Shown piece after piece: positions 9,067-18,483 of a stretch of 24,980 bases of DNA (its first letter is position 1; each line of letters opens with the position of its first letter). Under the pieces are notes generated by a model. The model was not told the origin of the DNA and searched no databases. It worked only from the letters and a program-made list of their open reading frames with translations. Origin of the DNA: Alphaproteobacteria bacterium (GTDB taxonomy: Bacteria > Pseudomonadota > Alphaproteobacteria > GCA-2731375); assembly GCA_030746635.1 (NCBI GenBank), contig JASLMH010000067.1:1-24980 (forward strand). Reading direction: 5' to 3'. The translations under genes were made by a program, and so were the position numbers.

Positions 9067-10353
9067 CTAGGCGCTGAGGAATTCGGTCCAGCGCTTCACC
9101 AGGTAATCGTTCTCGTCCATCAACGAGTTCCAGACGGCGATATTGGCGAACCGGTTCCAGTACGATCCGCCATCACGAACCTCGCCCTTCTCGACGATGA
9201 TGGTGCCGAACGGGTCGGGCAGTTCCTTGGCCGCCGGCTTGCCCTCGTACCAGAAGTCCCACTCCTCGGGCTCCAGGTGTTTCTTGACGTTTTCGGGCAC
9301 CGACATGTAGTAGCCCTGGCGGGCAACAAAGGCGCCGGGCCAGCCGCTGAGCCACCAGTTGATGTACTCATAGCACTGATCCAGCTTCTTGCCGGTGACC
9401 TTGGCGGAAATCGCGCAGCCGCCGTGCCAACCGCGCATGCCTTCCTTCAGGTAGGCGTAGACGCAGGGCACGCCCTCGGCCTTGATGGCCGTGACCGCCG
9501 GCGACCACATGCTTTCCAGCACCACCTCGCCGCTGACCATCAGGTTGACCGACTGGCCGAAGGTCTCCCAGAAGGCGCGGAAATGGCCTTCCTGCTTCTT
9601 CTTGATTAGGAAGTCGATCAGGAAATCGATCTCCGGCTTGGTCATGTTGCCCTTGTCCTTGAACTTGAACAGTCCCAGGGCCTCGATCGCCAGGGAAGCG
9701 TCCATGACGCCGATCTGCGGCACGTTCAACAGGGCCACCTTGCCCTTGAAGTCCGGGCTGAACAATTCGCCCCAGCTTTCGATCTTGCGGCCGGTGTCCT
9801 TGGGGTTGTAGCCCAGGGAATCGGCGTTGTGCCAACCCGGCAACATAGAGATGTAGCGCGAGGGACCCTTGACCCGATTGCCGTCCTCGTCCAGCCACAG
9901 CTGCCGGAATGGGGCATCGCCTTGACCCTGGCTCGAATCCGGGGTCAGACGGCCGGTCTTGCTTAGATTGGTGACCTTGTCCCACTCCTTGATCCGCTTG
10001 GTGTCGATCGGCTGCCAGACCTTGGACGGGATGAACACATCCATGTCGTTGTAATAGCCCTCGGCGATCTCGTACTGATCGTTCTGGTTCAGCATCTTGC
10101 CGAACATGGCGCCATAGCCCAGCGCCTGGCCCCGCACCGGGAAGCCCAGGTCCTTCGAGGCCCTGCCCTGGATCTCGTTGATGATGCTGACGCCCAGGCC
10201 GATGGTGCGGATCGGATCGGCGGCCTGAACGATATTCGGGAAACCGGCGACGCTGCCCGCCGCCACCGCGCCGGCGGCGGTCCCCATGAATTGCCGGCGG
10301 CTTACGCCCCCGTTCGCCACACCTATATGTTTGCTGCCATTCTTCGCGGTCAT
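9067..10353 (-). CDS. Periplasmic substrate-binding protein of a PotD/PotF-family ABC transporter, with a Tat/Sec signal peptide.
   Basis: Real start is MTAKNGSK…SRRQFMGTAAGAVAAGSVAGFPNIVQA (signal peptide). Strong RBS AAAGGGAGG 7 nt upstream of the ATG at 10351-10353. The 1225-aa track ORF is an upstream run-on and was rejected. Confidence 0.85.
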   Translation of the reverse strand: MTAKNGSKHIGVANGGVSRRQFMGTAAGAVAAGSVAGFPNIVQAADPIRTIGLGVSIINEIQGRASKDLGFPVRGQALGYGAMFGKMLNQNDQYEIAEGYYNDMDVFIPSKVWQPIDTKRIKEWDKVTNLSKTGRLTPDSSQGQGDAPFRQLWLDEDGNRVKGPSRYISMLPGWHNADSLGYNPKDTGRKIESWGELFSPDFKGKVALLNVPQIGVMDASLAIEALGLFKFKDKGNMTKPEIDFLIDFLIKKKQEGHFRAFWETFGQSVNLMVSGEVVLESMWSPAVTAIKAEGVPCVYAYLKEGMRGWHGGCAISAKVTGKKLDQCYEYINWWLSGWPGAFVARQGYYMSVPENVKKHLEPEEWDFWYEGKPAAKELPDPFGTIIVEKGEVRDGGSYWNRFANIAVWNSLMDENDYLVKRWTEFLSA

Positions 10354-10476
10354 TCCCAGCCTCCCTTTGGTTTGTCGTGCCGCGCCGCGATCCCCTGTAG
10401 CCTTGGCGCAAAGGACCGCCATTGATGATACATTACGATTTCCGGCCATGAAACGAAAACCACCGGGGAGGACGCC

Positions 10477-11946
10477 TTGAGCGTGTTGATCAAAAACGGC
10501 CGTATCGTGACGGCGGTGGACGACTACCAGGCGGACGTCTTCGTCAGTGGCGACACCGTGGCCGTGATCGGGCGCAACCTGGCGATCGAGGCCGATCAGG
10601 TGATCGACGCCGCCGGCAAGCTGGTGATCCCCGGCGGCGTCGACCCGCATACCCACCTGGAGATGCCGTTCGGCGGCACCACCACCTCCGACACCTTCGA
10701 GACCGGCACCCGGGCGGCGGCCTTCGGCGGCACCACCTGCATCGTCGATTTCGCCATCCAGACCAAAGGCACCTCGACCCTGGAAGCGCTGGAGACCTGG
10801 CACGGCAAGGCGGCCGGCCGGACCGCCATCGACTATGCCTTCCACATGGTCATCACCGATATGCCGGACGAGCGGGTGCCGGAGATGCGGCGCCTGGCCG
10901 ACGAGGGCGTCACCTCGTACAAGCTGTTCATGGCCTATCCGGGCGTGCTGCTGTCCGACGACGGCACCATCTTCCGGGCCATGCGCAAGGCCGGCGAGGA
11001 CGGCACCCTGGTCTGCATGCATGCCGAGAACGGCATCGTCATCGACGAACTGGTCAAGATCGCCCTGGCGCAAGGCCATATCGAACCGAAGTACCACGCC
11101 CTCACCCGGCCGACCCGGTTGGAGGCGGAGGGCGCGCACCGGGCCCTGGCGATCGCCGAGGTGGCCCGCGCACCGGTCTATATCGTCCACCTCAGTTGCT
11201 ATGACGCCCTGCAGGAACTGCGCATGGCCCAGGCCCGCGGCGTCATGGCCCATGCCGAGACCTGCCCGCAGTATTTGTTGCTGGACGTCGATTGCTATGA
11301 CGAGCCGGGCTTCGACGGCGCCAAGTACGTGCTGACGCCGCCGCTGCGGGAGAAGTGGAACCAGGACGAATTGTGGGGCGGGCTGCGGACCAGCGCCCTG
11401 GACGTGATCTCGACCGACCATTGCCCGTTCTGCATCCGGGAGCAGAAGGAGTTGGGCCGCGACGATTTCAGCCAGATCCCCAACGGCGGGCCGGGCGTCG
11501 AGAACCGCATGAGCCTGATCTATCACCACGGCGTCAGCGGCGGCAACATCACCCTGAACCGGTTCGTCGAGCTGACCTCGACCTCGCCGGCGAAGATCTT
11601 CGGCCTGTTCCCGCGCAAGGGCACCATCGCCGTCGGCAGCGATGCCGACATCGTGATCTTCGATCCGAACCAGGAAGAGACCATCAGCCGCCACAACGCC
11701 CGCACCCACCACATGAACATCGACTACAGCGCCTACGAGGGTTTCAAGGTCAAGGGCTATACCGAGACCGTGCTCTCGCGCGGCAAGATCATCGTCGACA
11801 AGGGCGAGTACCTCGGCCGGCCCGGCGACGGCTCGTTCGTCAAGCGGGGGCCCTACGGCGGGCTCTATTCGGCGACACGGGACGCCGCCCGGCGCGATAT
11901 CCTGGCCGGCGGACCGGTGCTGGGTTCGCCCGGTGCCCGGGGATGA
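10477..11946 (+). CDS. D-hydantoinase / dihydropyrimidinase (cyclic amidohydrolase).
   Basis: MSVLIKNGRIV…VIDAAGKLVIPGGVDPHTHLEMPFGGT…GGTT…DF…YKLFMAY…HAENG…STDHCPF. TTG start with GGAGG 7 nt upstream. Confidence 0.9.
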   Translation: MSVLIKNGRIVTAVDDYQADVFVSGDTVAVIGRNLAIEADQVIDAAGKLVIPGGVDPHTHLEMPFGGTTTSDTFETGTRAAAFGGTTCIVDFAIQTKGTSTLEALETWHGKAAGRTAIDYAFHMVITDMPDERVPEMRRLADEGVTSYKLFMAYPGVLLSDDGTIFRAMRKAGEDGTLVCMHAENGIVIDELVKIALAQGHIEPKYHALTRPTRLEAEGAHRALAIAEVARAPVYIVHLSCYDALQELRMAQARGVMAHAETCPQYLLLDVDCYDEPGFDGAKYVLTPPLREKWNQDELWGGLRTSALDVISTDHCPFCIREQKELGRDDFSQIPNGGPGVENRMSLIYHHGVSGGNITLNRFVELTSTSPAKIFGLFPRKGTIAVGSDADIVIFDPNQEETISRHNARTHHMNIDYSAYEGFKVKGYTETVLSRGKIIVDKGEYLGRPGDGSFVKRGPYGGLYSATRDAARRDILAGGPVLGSPGARG

Positions 11947-11969
11947 AGAACGCGGCCGAGTAAACTCGA

Positions 11970-13130
11970 TCAGGACACCGCGTCGATGCCTCTCTGGTAG
12001 GTGGAGGGCGTCAGTTCCTCTACCGCCTTGGCCCGTTTCGACAGCCAGAAGCTGTAGGCCGGGGGCATCAGCTCGTAGGCGTCCTCCACCCCCAGCTTGA
12101 GGGCCGCGTCCAGCGGCCAGTTCGGGTTGTAGAGCAGTTCGCGGGCCAGGGCGATCAGGTCGGCCTGGCCCCGTTGCAGGATCTCCTCGGCCTGGTCGGC
12201 ATGCACGATCAGGCCGACCGCCATGCTCATCAACCCGGCCTCGGCGCGGATCTTCTCGGCATAAGGCACCTGGTAGCCGTAGCCGACCGGACCGGTACCG
12301 ACCACCGGCGAGCCGCGCATGCCGCCCGAAGAGCAATCGATGACGTCGATGCCCAGATCCTTGACGATGCGGGCCAGGGCGACGTTCTCGTCCGGCCCCC
12401 AGCCGGCGTCGTCCTCCACCGACAGGCGCAGGAAGAGGGGCTTGTGTTGCGGCCAGTTGGCGCGCACGCATTCGGTGACCTCGATGGCGAAGCGCCGGCG
12501 GTTTTCCTCCGTGCCGCCATAATCGTCGTTGCGCCGGTTGGCCATGGGCGAGAGGAACTGATGGATCAGGTAGCCGTGCGCGCCATGGATTTCCAGCATA
12601 TCGAAACCGGCGGCATCGGCTCGCGCCGCCGCCCGGCCCCAGGCCTCGACCACGTCCGGGATTTCGGCCCGGCTCAGGGCCCTGGGCTCGGGGTCGCCGG
12701 GATCGGCCAGGGCGGAGGGCGCCACCAGTTCCCAGGCCTCCCAATCGTCGATCTCGGGGCTCGGCACCAGCGGCTTGGCGCCCTCCCAGGGGCGGAAGCG
12801 CCGCGCCTTGCGGCCGCTATGGCCAATCTGGATGCCCGGGACGGAACCGTGCGCACGGATGAAATCGCTCAGCCGGCGGAACTGCGGCACCACGGCATCG
12901 TCCCACAAGCCCAGATCGCCCACCGTGCCGCAGCCGCGCCGCTCAACCTTGGTGGATTCGACGATCACCAGGCCGGCTCCGCCGACGGCGAAGCGGCCCG
13001 CGTTCATCAGGTGCCAGTCGGTGGGAAAGCCCTTCTCGCCGGCGTATTGATGCATCGGCGCCACGACGACGCGGTTCTTCAGGGTGACATCACGCAGGGT
13101 CAACGGGGAAAACAACATCGGTGCCGTCAT
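11970..13130 (-). CDS. NADH:flavin oxidoreductase of the Old Yellow Enzyme family.
   Basis: TLKNRVVVAPM…HGAHGYLIHQFLSP…NRRNDDYGG…RLS. The track ORF extends to 13163; the ATG at 13130 (MTAPMLFSPL) is the more likely start. Confidence 0.85.
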   Translation of the reverse strand: MTAPMLFSPLTLRDVTLKNRVVVAPMHQYAGEKGFPTDWHLMNAGRFAVGGAGLVIVESTKVERRGCGTVGDLGLWDDAVVPQFRRLSDFIRAHGSVPGIQIGHSGRKARRFRPWEGAKPLVPSPEIDDWEAWELVAPSALADPGDPEPRALSRAEIPDVVEAWGRAAARADAAGFDMLEIHGAHGYLIHQFLSPMANRRNDDYGGTEENRRRFAIEVTECVRANWPQHKPLFLRLSVEDDAGWGPDENVALARIVKDLGIDVIDCSSGGMRGSPVVGTGPVGYGYQVPYAEKIRAEAGLMSMAVGLIVHADQAEEILQRGQADLIALARELLYNPNWPLDAALKLGVEDAYELMPPAYSFWLSKRAKAVEELTPSTYQRGIDAVS

Positions 13131-13203
13131 TGTCGGACTGCCTTTCGCTCGCGCGCGTTTCATTCAACCAGGCCCACTCTAGCAGACAGTCAGCGGGAGT
13201 GAC

Positions 13204-13767
13204 TTATTGCTCCTCCGACCAGTCGCCGCGAACGAAGGCGACGGTGCTGGCATAGCCCTCCCGGTGCAGGCGCTCGACCGTGCCGGCCAGCTTGTCCGGG
13301 CCGTGGGCGGGGATGCCCAGGCCGTTGATGATCCGGTTGTTCATGTTGAACAGGGCGCAGACGGCGGCGGCGTGGTAGAGGGCGATATCGTCCCAGCCGG
13401 CGGCGAACACCGCATCGGCGTCTGCCTGGCTCATCCGTTCCGGGGTGTCGTTGAGCTTGCGGACGTATTTCAGGATCGCCTTCAGCCGATCGGGCAGCGC
13501 CGCCCCATCGATATCGTGCAACAGGGGTTCCAGCACGCCGGGCGCCATGCCGAAGGCCTCGGCCACCGCCGCGTGCTCGCCGTAGCAGAATTCGCAGGCG
13601 TTCAGGCCGGAGACAAAGGCGCCGATCAGCTCCCGCTCGGCCACCGAAAGCGGTGACGGTCCGCGCAACAGGGCCTGGTGATAGGCGGCGAAGGGCAGAC
13701 CGAGTTCCGGATCCAGCTTCAGAACCGCCTTCAGGTCCGCCCGCGGTTGGCTTTTCAGAAAACTCAT
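13204..13767 (-). CDS. Carboxymuconolactone-decarboxylase/AhpD-like peroxidase-related protein (CxxC).
   Basis: Starts MSFLKSQPRADLK with AAGGAG 5 nt upstream. Has the CEFCYGEH motif typical of AhpD-like proteins. The N-terminal extension in the track ORF was rejected. Confidence 0.75.
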   Translation of the reverse strand: MSFLKSQPRADLKAVLKLDPELGLPFAAYHQALLRGPSPLSVAERELIGAFVSGLNACEFCYGEHAAVAEAFGMAPGVLEPLLHDIDGAALPDRLKAILKYVRKLNDTPERMSQADADAVFAAGWDDIALYHAAAVCALFNMNNRIINGLGIPAHGPDKLAGTVERLHREGYASTVAFVRGDWSEEQ

Positions 13768-13777
13768 TGTGGCTCCT

Positions 13778-14512
13778 TTACCTTGACCGATCGGGGGCGG
13801 CGAGAAATCGCAGCAGCCAGGCGGCCATTTCGTCCTCGTGGGTCGGTTGCGCCAGGCTATCCAGGGCATTGTCGACGATAGCCCGGCCGAATTGGTCGCG
13901 CCGCATGGCGTAGAGGTCGGCGGCGAACGCCTTGGTCATTTCCGGATGGCCCTGCAAGGCGACGATGTTGTCGCCGAGCTGGAACAGGCCATAGGGGCAG
14001 AAATCGCTACCGGCCAACAACTCGGCGCCGTCCGGCAGCCGCGTCACCTGATCCTGGTGCGATGCCAGCAAGGCGATTTCGTCCAACGCCGGCGTCATCC
14101 AGTCGCGCCGTCGGCCGACCTGGTAGCTATGGACACCGATACCCCAGCCCCGCGACGAACGTTCGACGGCGCCGCCGAAGGCCTGGGCGACGAGCTGGTG
14201 ACCGAAGCAGATGCCGACGACGGGCCGCGCCTCGGCCGCCGCCCGCGCGAAGGCGGCCAAATCGGCGATCCAGGGATCGTCGTCGAAGGCGCTGTAACGA
14301 CTGCCGGTGATCAACCAGCCGTCGCAGGCCGAGACCGACGCGGGCAACTCGCCCAGGTAGCTGCGGTAGACCCGGAAGGCCGGCTGTTCGTCGCCCCGGC
14401 CGAGGAAGCGCCGGCAGGCATCGGCGAAGCTGCCGTGGCGGGCGGCCAGTTGCTCGGCCACCGCCCCCGCCTCCAGGATACCGATGGTGATCGGCGACGG
14501 AGGAGGCGCCAT
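13778..14512 (-). CDS. Class I glutamine amidotransferase-like protein.
   Basis: Nucleophile elbow GICFGHQL and catalytic LQGHPE. Begins MAPPPSPITIGILEAG. The upstream part of the 436-aa track ORF overlaps the next gene and was rejected. Confidence 0.75.
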   Translation of the reverse strand: MAPPPSPITIGILEAGAVAEQLAARHGSFADACRRFLGRGDEQPAFRVYRSYLGELPASVSACDGWLITGSRYSAFDDDPWIADLAAFARAAAEARPVVGICFGHQLVAQAFGGAVERSSRGWGIGVHSYQVGRRRDWMTPALDEIALLASHQDQVTRLPDGAELLAGSDFCPYGLFQLGDNIVALQGHPEMTKAFAADLYAMRRDQFGRAIVDNALDSLAQPTHEDEMAAWLLRFLAAPDRSR

Positions 14513-14538
14513 CGAAGAGTCCGATTCGCCGTAGGCGA

Positions 14539-15012
14539 TCAGGCCCGGCGGGCCGGGCGCATCACCTTCAACAGCCAGAAGATGACGCAGAAGATGCCGG
14601 TCAGCACCACCAGCGCCACCACCGCCGCCAGCCGTTTGCCGAAGGCCTCGCCCAGGGTATAGCCGTCCTGCAGCAGATAGACGCAGAGGATCTGCACCGA
14701 TTGCAGGGCGGCGCCGGCACTGAGCAGGATGGCGGCGAAGGTCGAGCCGCGCAGCGAGGTTAGGACCATGGATTCGACGCTGCGCTGCTGCACGATATGG
14801 GTGCGATAGGCGCGCCAATGATAGCCGCAGAAGCCGACGATGCCGACGATCAGCACCACCCAGAAGATGGCGTTGTGGTGGCTGAGGCCGTTCAGCACCA
14901 GGGTGAAGAGGTCCTCGAACGGCTGGTAGAAATACAGGAAGATCAGGACGACGATGTAGATGATGAAGCCGACCAGGGTCCAGAACCACTGCCAACCGCT
15001 CATATCCCGCAT
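14539..15012 (-). CDS. Small integral membrane protein (about 4 TM), function unknown.
   Basis: Hydrophobic helices (WFWTLVGFIIYIVVLIFLYF, IFWVVLIVGIVGFCGY, FAAILLSAGAAL, LAAVVALVVLTGIFCVIFWLL). The start is uncertain: ATG at 15012 or 15003, or the longer Arg-rich extension to 15093. Confidence 0.5.
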   Translation of the reverse strand: MRDMSGWQWFWTLVGFIIYIVVLIFLYFYQPFEDLFTLVLNGLSHHNAIFWVVLIVGIVGFCGYHWRAYRTHIVQQRSVESMVLTSLRGSTFAAILLSAGAALQSVQILCVYLLQDGYTLGEAFGKRLAAVVALVVLTGIFCVIFWLLKVMRPARRA

Positions 15013-15120
15013 CCCCTGTTGTCGATACCGCGCCGCTGCCGGCCGGCGATCCGATTTTCTTGTACCCGATCGGCGACGGGCAAGGCAATGCATCGGCCCA
15101 TGGCGGTCATCCCTTCCCCC

Positions 15121-16539
15121 TCACGATGCCAGGGGCGGCCGTCGACGGTGCCATTCGGTGGCCCCCTCGTAGGCCGACGCCACCCGCAGCAGGGTCGGCT
15201 CCTCGAACCAGCCGGCCAGCAATTGCAGGCCCACCGGCAGGCCGTCGGCGGTGAAGCCGCAAGGCACCGAGATCGCCGGTTGCCCGGTGAAACAGGCCAG
15301 CCGGGTCAACTGTCCCAGGGCGCGCCAGCCCTCCACCTTGCGATCGCCGACCCACAGGGCGCCGGTTTCGATCGGCACCGCCGGCAGCGCCGTCGTCGGC
15401 AGCGCCAGCACCGGCGTCTCCGCCAGTACCGCCGCCATCTCCCGGTTGATCCGCATCCGGCTGTCGCGGGCCCGCAGGTACTGGTTGGCGGTGAGGTCCC
15501 GGCCCAGCAACAGCCGCTCGGCGACGTCGGGCGACAATTCATCGCCGTGCCGTGTCAGGTGCCCTTCATGGGTGGCGTAAGCCTCGGCCTGGGCCATGAC
15601 GTTCCAGGCGTCGATGGCCTCGCGATTGAAGGGCAGGACCACCTCCTCGACGGCGGCGCCGAGATCGCTCAACTGGCCGATCGCCGCCTGCACCGCCACC
15701 GCCACCTCCGCGTGCAGGCGATCGAAATAGAAATCCCTGGGCACGCCGATGCGCAAACCGTCCAGGGGTTGCGCCAACGCCGCCGTGTAGTCACGCGCCA
15801 CCGCGCCCGTGGTGGTCGGATCGTCGTCATCGGCGCCGGCGATGGCGCCCAGCAGCAGGGCGGCATCGCGCACCGTGCGGGTCAGCGGGCCGCCATGGTC
15901 GAGGCTGGCGCAGAGCGGATAGATACCGGCCCGGCTGGCCAGGCCATAGGTCTGCTTCAGGCCGACCACGCCGCACAGGGCGGCCGGAATGCGGATCGAG
16001 CCGCCGGTATCGCTGCCCAGCGCGCCGGCGGCCAGCGAGGCCGCCACGGCGCAGCCCGAACCACTGGAGGAGCCGCCGCAGACCCGGTCCCGGCTCCAGG
16101 GGTTTCGCGCCGTGCCGACATGGGGGTTGATGCCGGTGGGGCCGAAGGCGAATTCATGCAGGTTCAGCAGGCCCAGGATGATGGCGCCGGCCCGGCGCAA
16201 CCGGGCGACGGAGGTGGCGTCGCTGTCGGCCACCCCTTCGTCCAGGATCTTCGAGCCGCAGGTCCGCCGCATGCCGGCGACCTGGAACAGATCCTTCACC
16301 GCCAGGGGAATGCCGTGCAACGGGCCGCGATAGGCGCCGGCGGCGATCTCCCGTTCCGCCTGGCTGGCGGCATCCATCGCCTGTTCGGGGTAGAGCGAGA
16401 CGTAGGCGCGCAAGCCACCGTCCAGCGCCTCGATCCGATCCAGTTGCGCCCGCACCAATTCGACCGGCGACAATTCACCGGCGGCGATCCGTTCGCCCAT
16501 GGCGGCGATATCCAGAAGCTCGGGTGCCGCCCCGTTCAT
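15121..16539 (-). CDS. Amidase-signature family amidase.
   Basis: GGSSSGSGCAVAASLAAGALGSDTGGSIRIPAALCG plus the catalytic Lys region GIPLAVKDLF. GGAGG 7 nt upstream. The ATG overlaps the upstream gene's stop (ATGA). Confidence 0.9.
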   Translation of the reverse strand: MNGAAPELLDIAAMGERIAAGELSPVELVRAQLDRIEALDGGLRAYVSLYPEQAMDAASQAEREIAAGAYRGPLHGIPLAVKDLFQVAGMRRTCGSKILDEGVADSDATSVARLRRAGAIILGLLNLHEFAFGPTGINPHVGTARNPWSRDRVCGGSSSGSGCAVAASLAAGALGSDTGGSIRIPAALCGVVGLKQTYGLASRAGIYPLCASLDHGGPLTRTVRDAALLLGAIAGADDDDPTTTGAVARDYTAALAQPLDGLRIGVPRDFYFDRLHAEVAVAVQAAIGQLSDLGAAVEEVVLPFNREAIDAWNVMAQAEAYATHEGHLTRHGDELSPDVAERLLLGRDLTANQYLRARDSRMRINREMAAVLAETPVLALPTTALPAVPIETGALWVGDRKVEGWRALGQLTRLACFTGQPAISVPCGFTADGLPVGLQLLAGWFEEPTLLRVASAYEGATEWHRRRPPLAS

Positions 16540-17606
16540 GCCGCCGCCTCCGGGATCGCCACGATCAGCAGGACGCCGTAGATTACCAGGTACAGGGCAT
16601 CCTTGATGGTTGGGATGACCTGCCGCTCGCCGCTGCCCGGCAGCAACAGGATGATGACCTCCAGCACCAAGGCGATGATGGCCAGGAAGAAGAACGGCCA
16701 AACGCTGCTCCACCAGGACAGGGTTTCCGGCAGTACCACCCCCTGCACCGCCCGCCAGATCAGCAACAGGATCGGCAGGGCGATGAAATAGGCATGCACG
16801 ACGAGGAAACGGTACCGCGTCAGCTTGCGGTCCAGCAGCCAGAAGACCACGAAGAACAGCGCCACGTACAGCACGTCCCAGAACATCGAAGCGTATTTCT
16901 CGCCGCCGCCGTCGCGTTGCAGGTTCAGGAAGCCGAGGAACAGCAGGAACACCATGGCATCGCCCAACAGCCACTCCCGCAAATTTTCCGTCGCGCCCTT
17001 GACGTTCCAGGTGCGCGAGGCCTTGTCGAACAACAACACCAGCGCCACCGCCAGGCTGGCCGGATACAGAAGCCGCAGCACCAGGGCGTACTGTTCGGCC
17101 CGGTCCAGATAGATCCAGTTCAGCAACAGGAAGGCGGCCAGCAGCAGCAACAGGCCCAACAGCCGCACTCCGGACGGCGTCTGCACGGCCGGTTGCGACG
17201 CCGTCGGTTCGGCCGTCGGCGCGGCCACCGGCTCGACCGCGACGGTCCCGGCGCGTGACGATTCCGCGATCAGATAGATCAGGAAGGCCACCAGCCCCAG
17301 GCCGGCGACGATCAGCATGACGACGAAAAACAGGATGGCGCGATCGTCGGCCCGCCAATCCACCGCCTGGGCCAACAGGCCGTCGGCCGAGAACTGCCAG
17401 ACCGCCAGCACCACCACCGCCAGCAGCAGGATCAGGGCGAGCAGGAATTCATACCAGCGCGGGCCGTGCAGAGCCTGCACACCAGCCGCCGCCGCGCCCA
17501 GGGGCCGGCGCAGATAGCGGCTGACCAGGAAGACCAGGAACGCCAGCACGCCGACCACGGCGATGGCGATCATTACCTCCAAAAAGACGACCGATCTGCT
17601 ATCCAC
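16536..17606 (-). CDS. Polytopic (about 10 TM) membrane protein of unknown function, translationally coupled to the amidase gene.
   Basis: Ten hydrophobic segments with an Ala/Pro-rich loop after TM3. Alternative start ATG at 17573 (MIAIAVVG) with GGAGG just upstream. The track start at 17606 is GTG. Confidence 0.6.
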   Translation of the reverse strand: MDSRSVVFLEVMIAIAVVGVLAFLVFLVSRYLRRPLGAAAAGVQALHGPRWYEFLLALILLLAVVVLAVWQFSADGLLAQAVDWRADDRAILFFVVMLIVAGLGLVAFLIYLIAESSRAGTVAVEPVAAPTAEPTASQPAVQTPSGVRLLGLLLLLAAFLLLNWIYLDRAEQYALVLRLLYPASLAVALVLLFDKASRTWNVKGATENLREWLLGDAMVFLLFLGFLNLQRDGGGEKYASMFWDVLYVALFFVVFWLLDRKLTRYRFLVVHAYFIALPILLLIWRAVQGVVLPETLSWWSSVWPFFFLAIIALVLEVIILLLPGSGERQVIPTIKDALYLVIYGVLLIVAIPEAAA

Positions 17607-17722
17607 AACTCATCCCATGCGGCCCGGCGGCGGGCCTACGGTGCCACCGAAAGCCGTTGATTTCAAAGACAACTTGCCATGCCGGAAGTCTGGAGCGTGG
17701 TCCGCTTCCGTCCTTGCCTTGC

Positions 17723-18409
17723 CTAGCGGTTGCGCAGCGGCAGCTTGTCCAGATAGGCCAGGACGTTCTCCAGCGGTTCCACGTCGCCGAACTTGGCGTC
17801 GATATCGAACAGGTTCCACTCGACGACGCCGGCCACCCGGTCGCCGACCGCCTCGCGCACGACGATCGGGCGGAAACCCTCGGCGATGGCATCCTCCACC
17901 GTGTGGCGGACACAACCGGCCATGGTGACGCCGGTGACGATCACCGTGTCGACGCCGGCGGCGCGCAGGAAGCCGGCCAGATAGGTGCCGTGAAAGGCGC
18001 TGGCCCGCTTCTTGATGATCACCTGCTCGTCCGGGCGCGGGGCGATGCGGTCGTCGATCTGCACCGCCTCGGTGCCGACCTGTAGGACCTCGGCCGGGAT
18101 TTTCAGATGCCACAGGCCCATGTCGGTGTTCGGGCCCTGGGTTACCTCGTAGGCGGTCGAGGTATAGACGATGGGGATGCTCTTCTCCCGCGACGCCGCC
18201 AGCAGGTCCTGCACCGCCGGGATGATCACGTCCATATCATCGCAGGTGAAGGCGTGGCCCGGCCGGGTCCAGGCATTCGCCAGATCGATATTGATCAGCG
18301 CCGGCCGCTCGCCATAGCCGATGCGGCGCTGGAAGCCGCGCGATTGGTAGAGTTCGCTGTCGGCGGAAAAGATCTTCTCCAACGCTTCCTTCAATTCGCT
18401 GCTGGTCAT
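17723..18409 (-). CDS. Isochorismatase-family cysteine hydrolase (N-carbamoylsarcosine amidase / maleamate amidohydrolase-like).
   Basis: D-K-C catalytic arrangement: INIDLANAW, KKRASAF, VTGVTMAGCVRHTVEDA. RBS GAGGTGG 6 nt upstream. Confidence 0.85.
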   Translation of the reverse strand: MTSSELKEALEKIFSADSELYQSRGFQRRIGYGERPALINIDLANAWTRPGHAFTCDDMDVIIPAVQDLLAASREKSIPIVYTSTAYEVTQGPNTDMGLWHLKIPAEVLQVGTEAVQIDDRIAPRPDEQVIIKKRASAFHGTYLAGFLRAAGVDTVIVTGVTMAGCVRHTVEDAIAEGFRPIVVREAVGDRVAGVVEWNLFDIDAKFGDVEPLENVLAYLDKLPLRNR

Positions 18410-18483
18410 CGCCCCACCTCGCCGTTCGGATGGCCAAGGCTAGCGCGGAATCCTCGCCCTGGCCATGGTTCGCGAGCCCCGCC

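Noticed and set aside
10354-12744. Upstream 800 codons of the 1225-aa minus-strand ORF 9067..12744.
   Set aside because: This is a run-on frame. The real gene begins at ATG 10353, which has a strong SD and a signal peptide. The remainder overlaps the well-supported D-hydantoinase gene on the opposite strand.
13767-13869. N-terminal extensions of the AhpD-like gene (to 13869), the GATase gene (to 15088), the PEP-CTERM gene (to 23794, TTG) and the OYE gene (to 13163).
   Set aside because: The extensions overlap neighbouring genes or lack an SD. Internal ATGs with good SD sequences give proteins of canonical length.
18431-18467. Short stem-loop ATGGCCAAGG…CCCTGGCCAT downstream of the phosphoesterase gene, considered as a terminator.
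   Set aside because: There is no U-tract on the transcribed strand, and the next gene follows closely in the same orientation. It is probably inconsequential.
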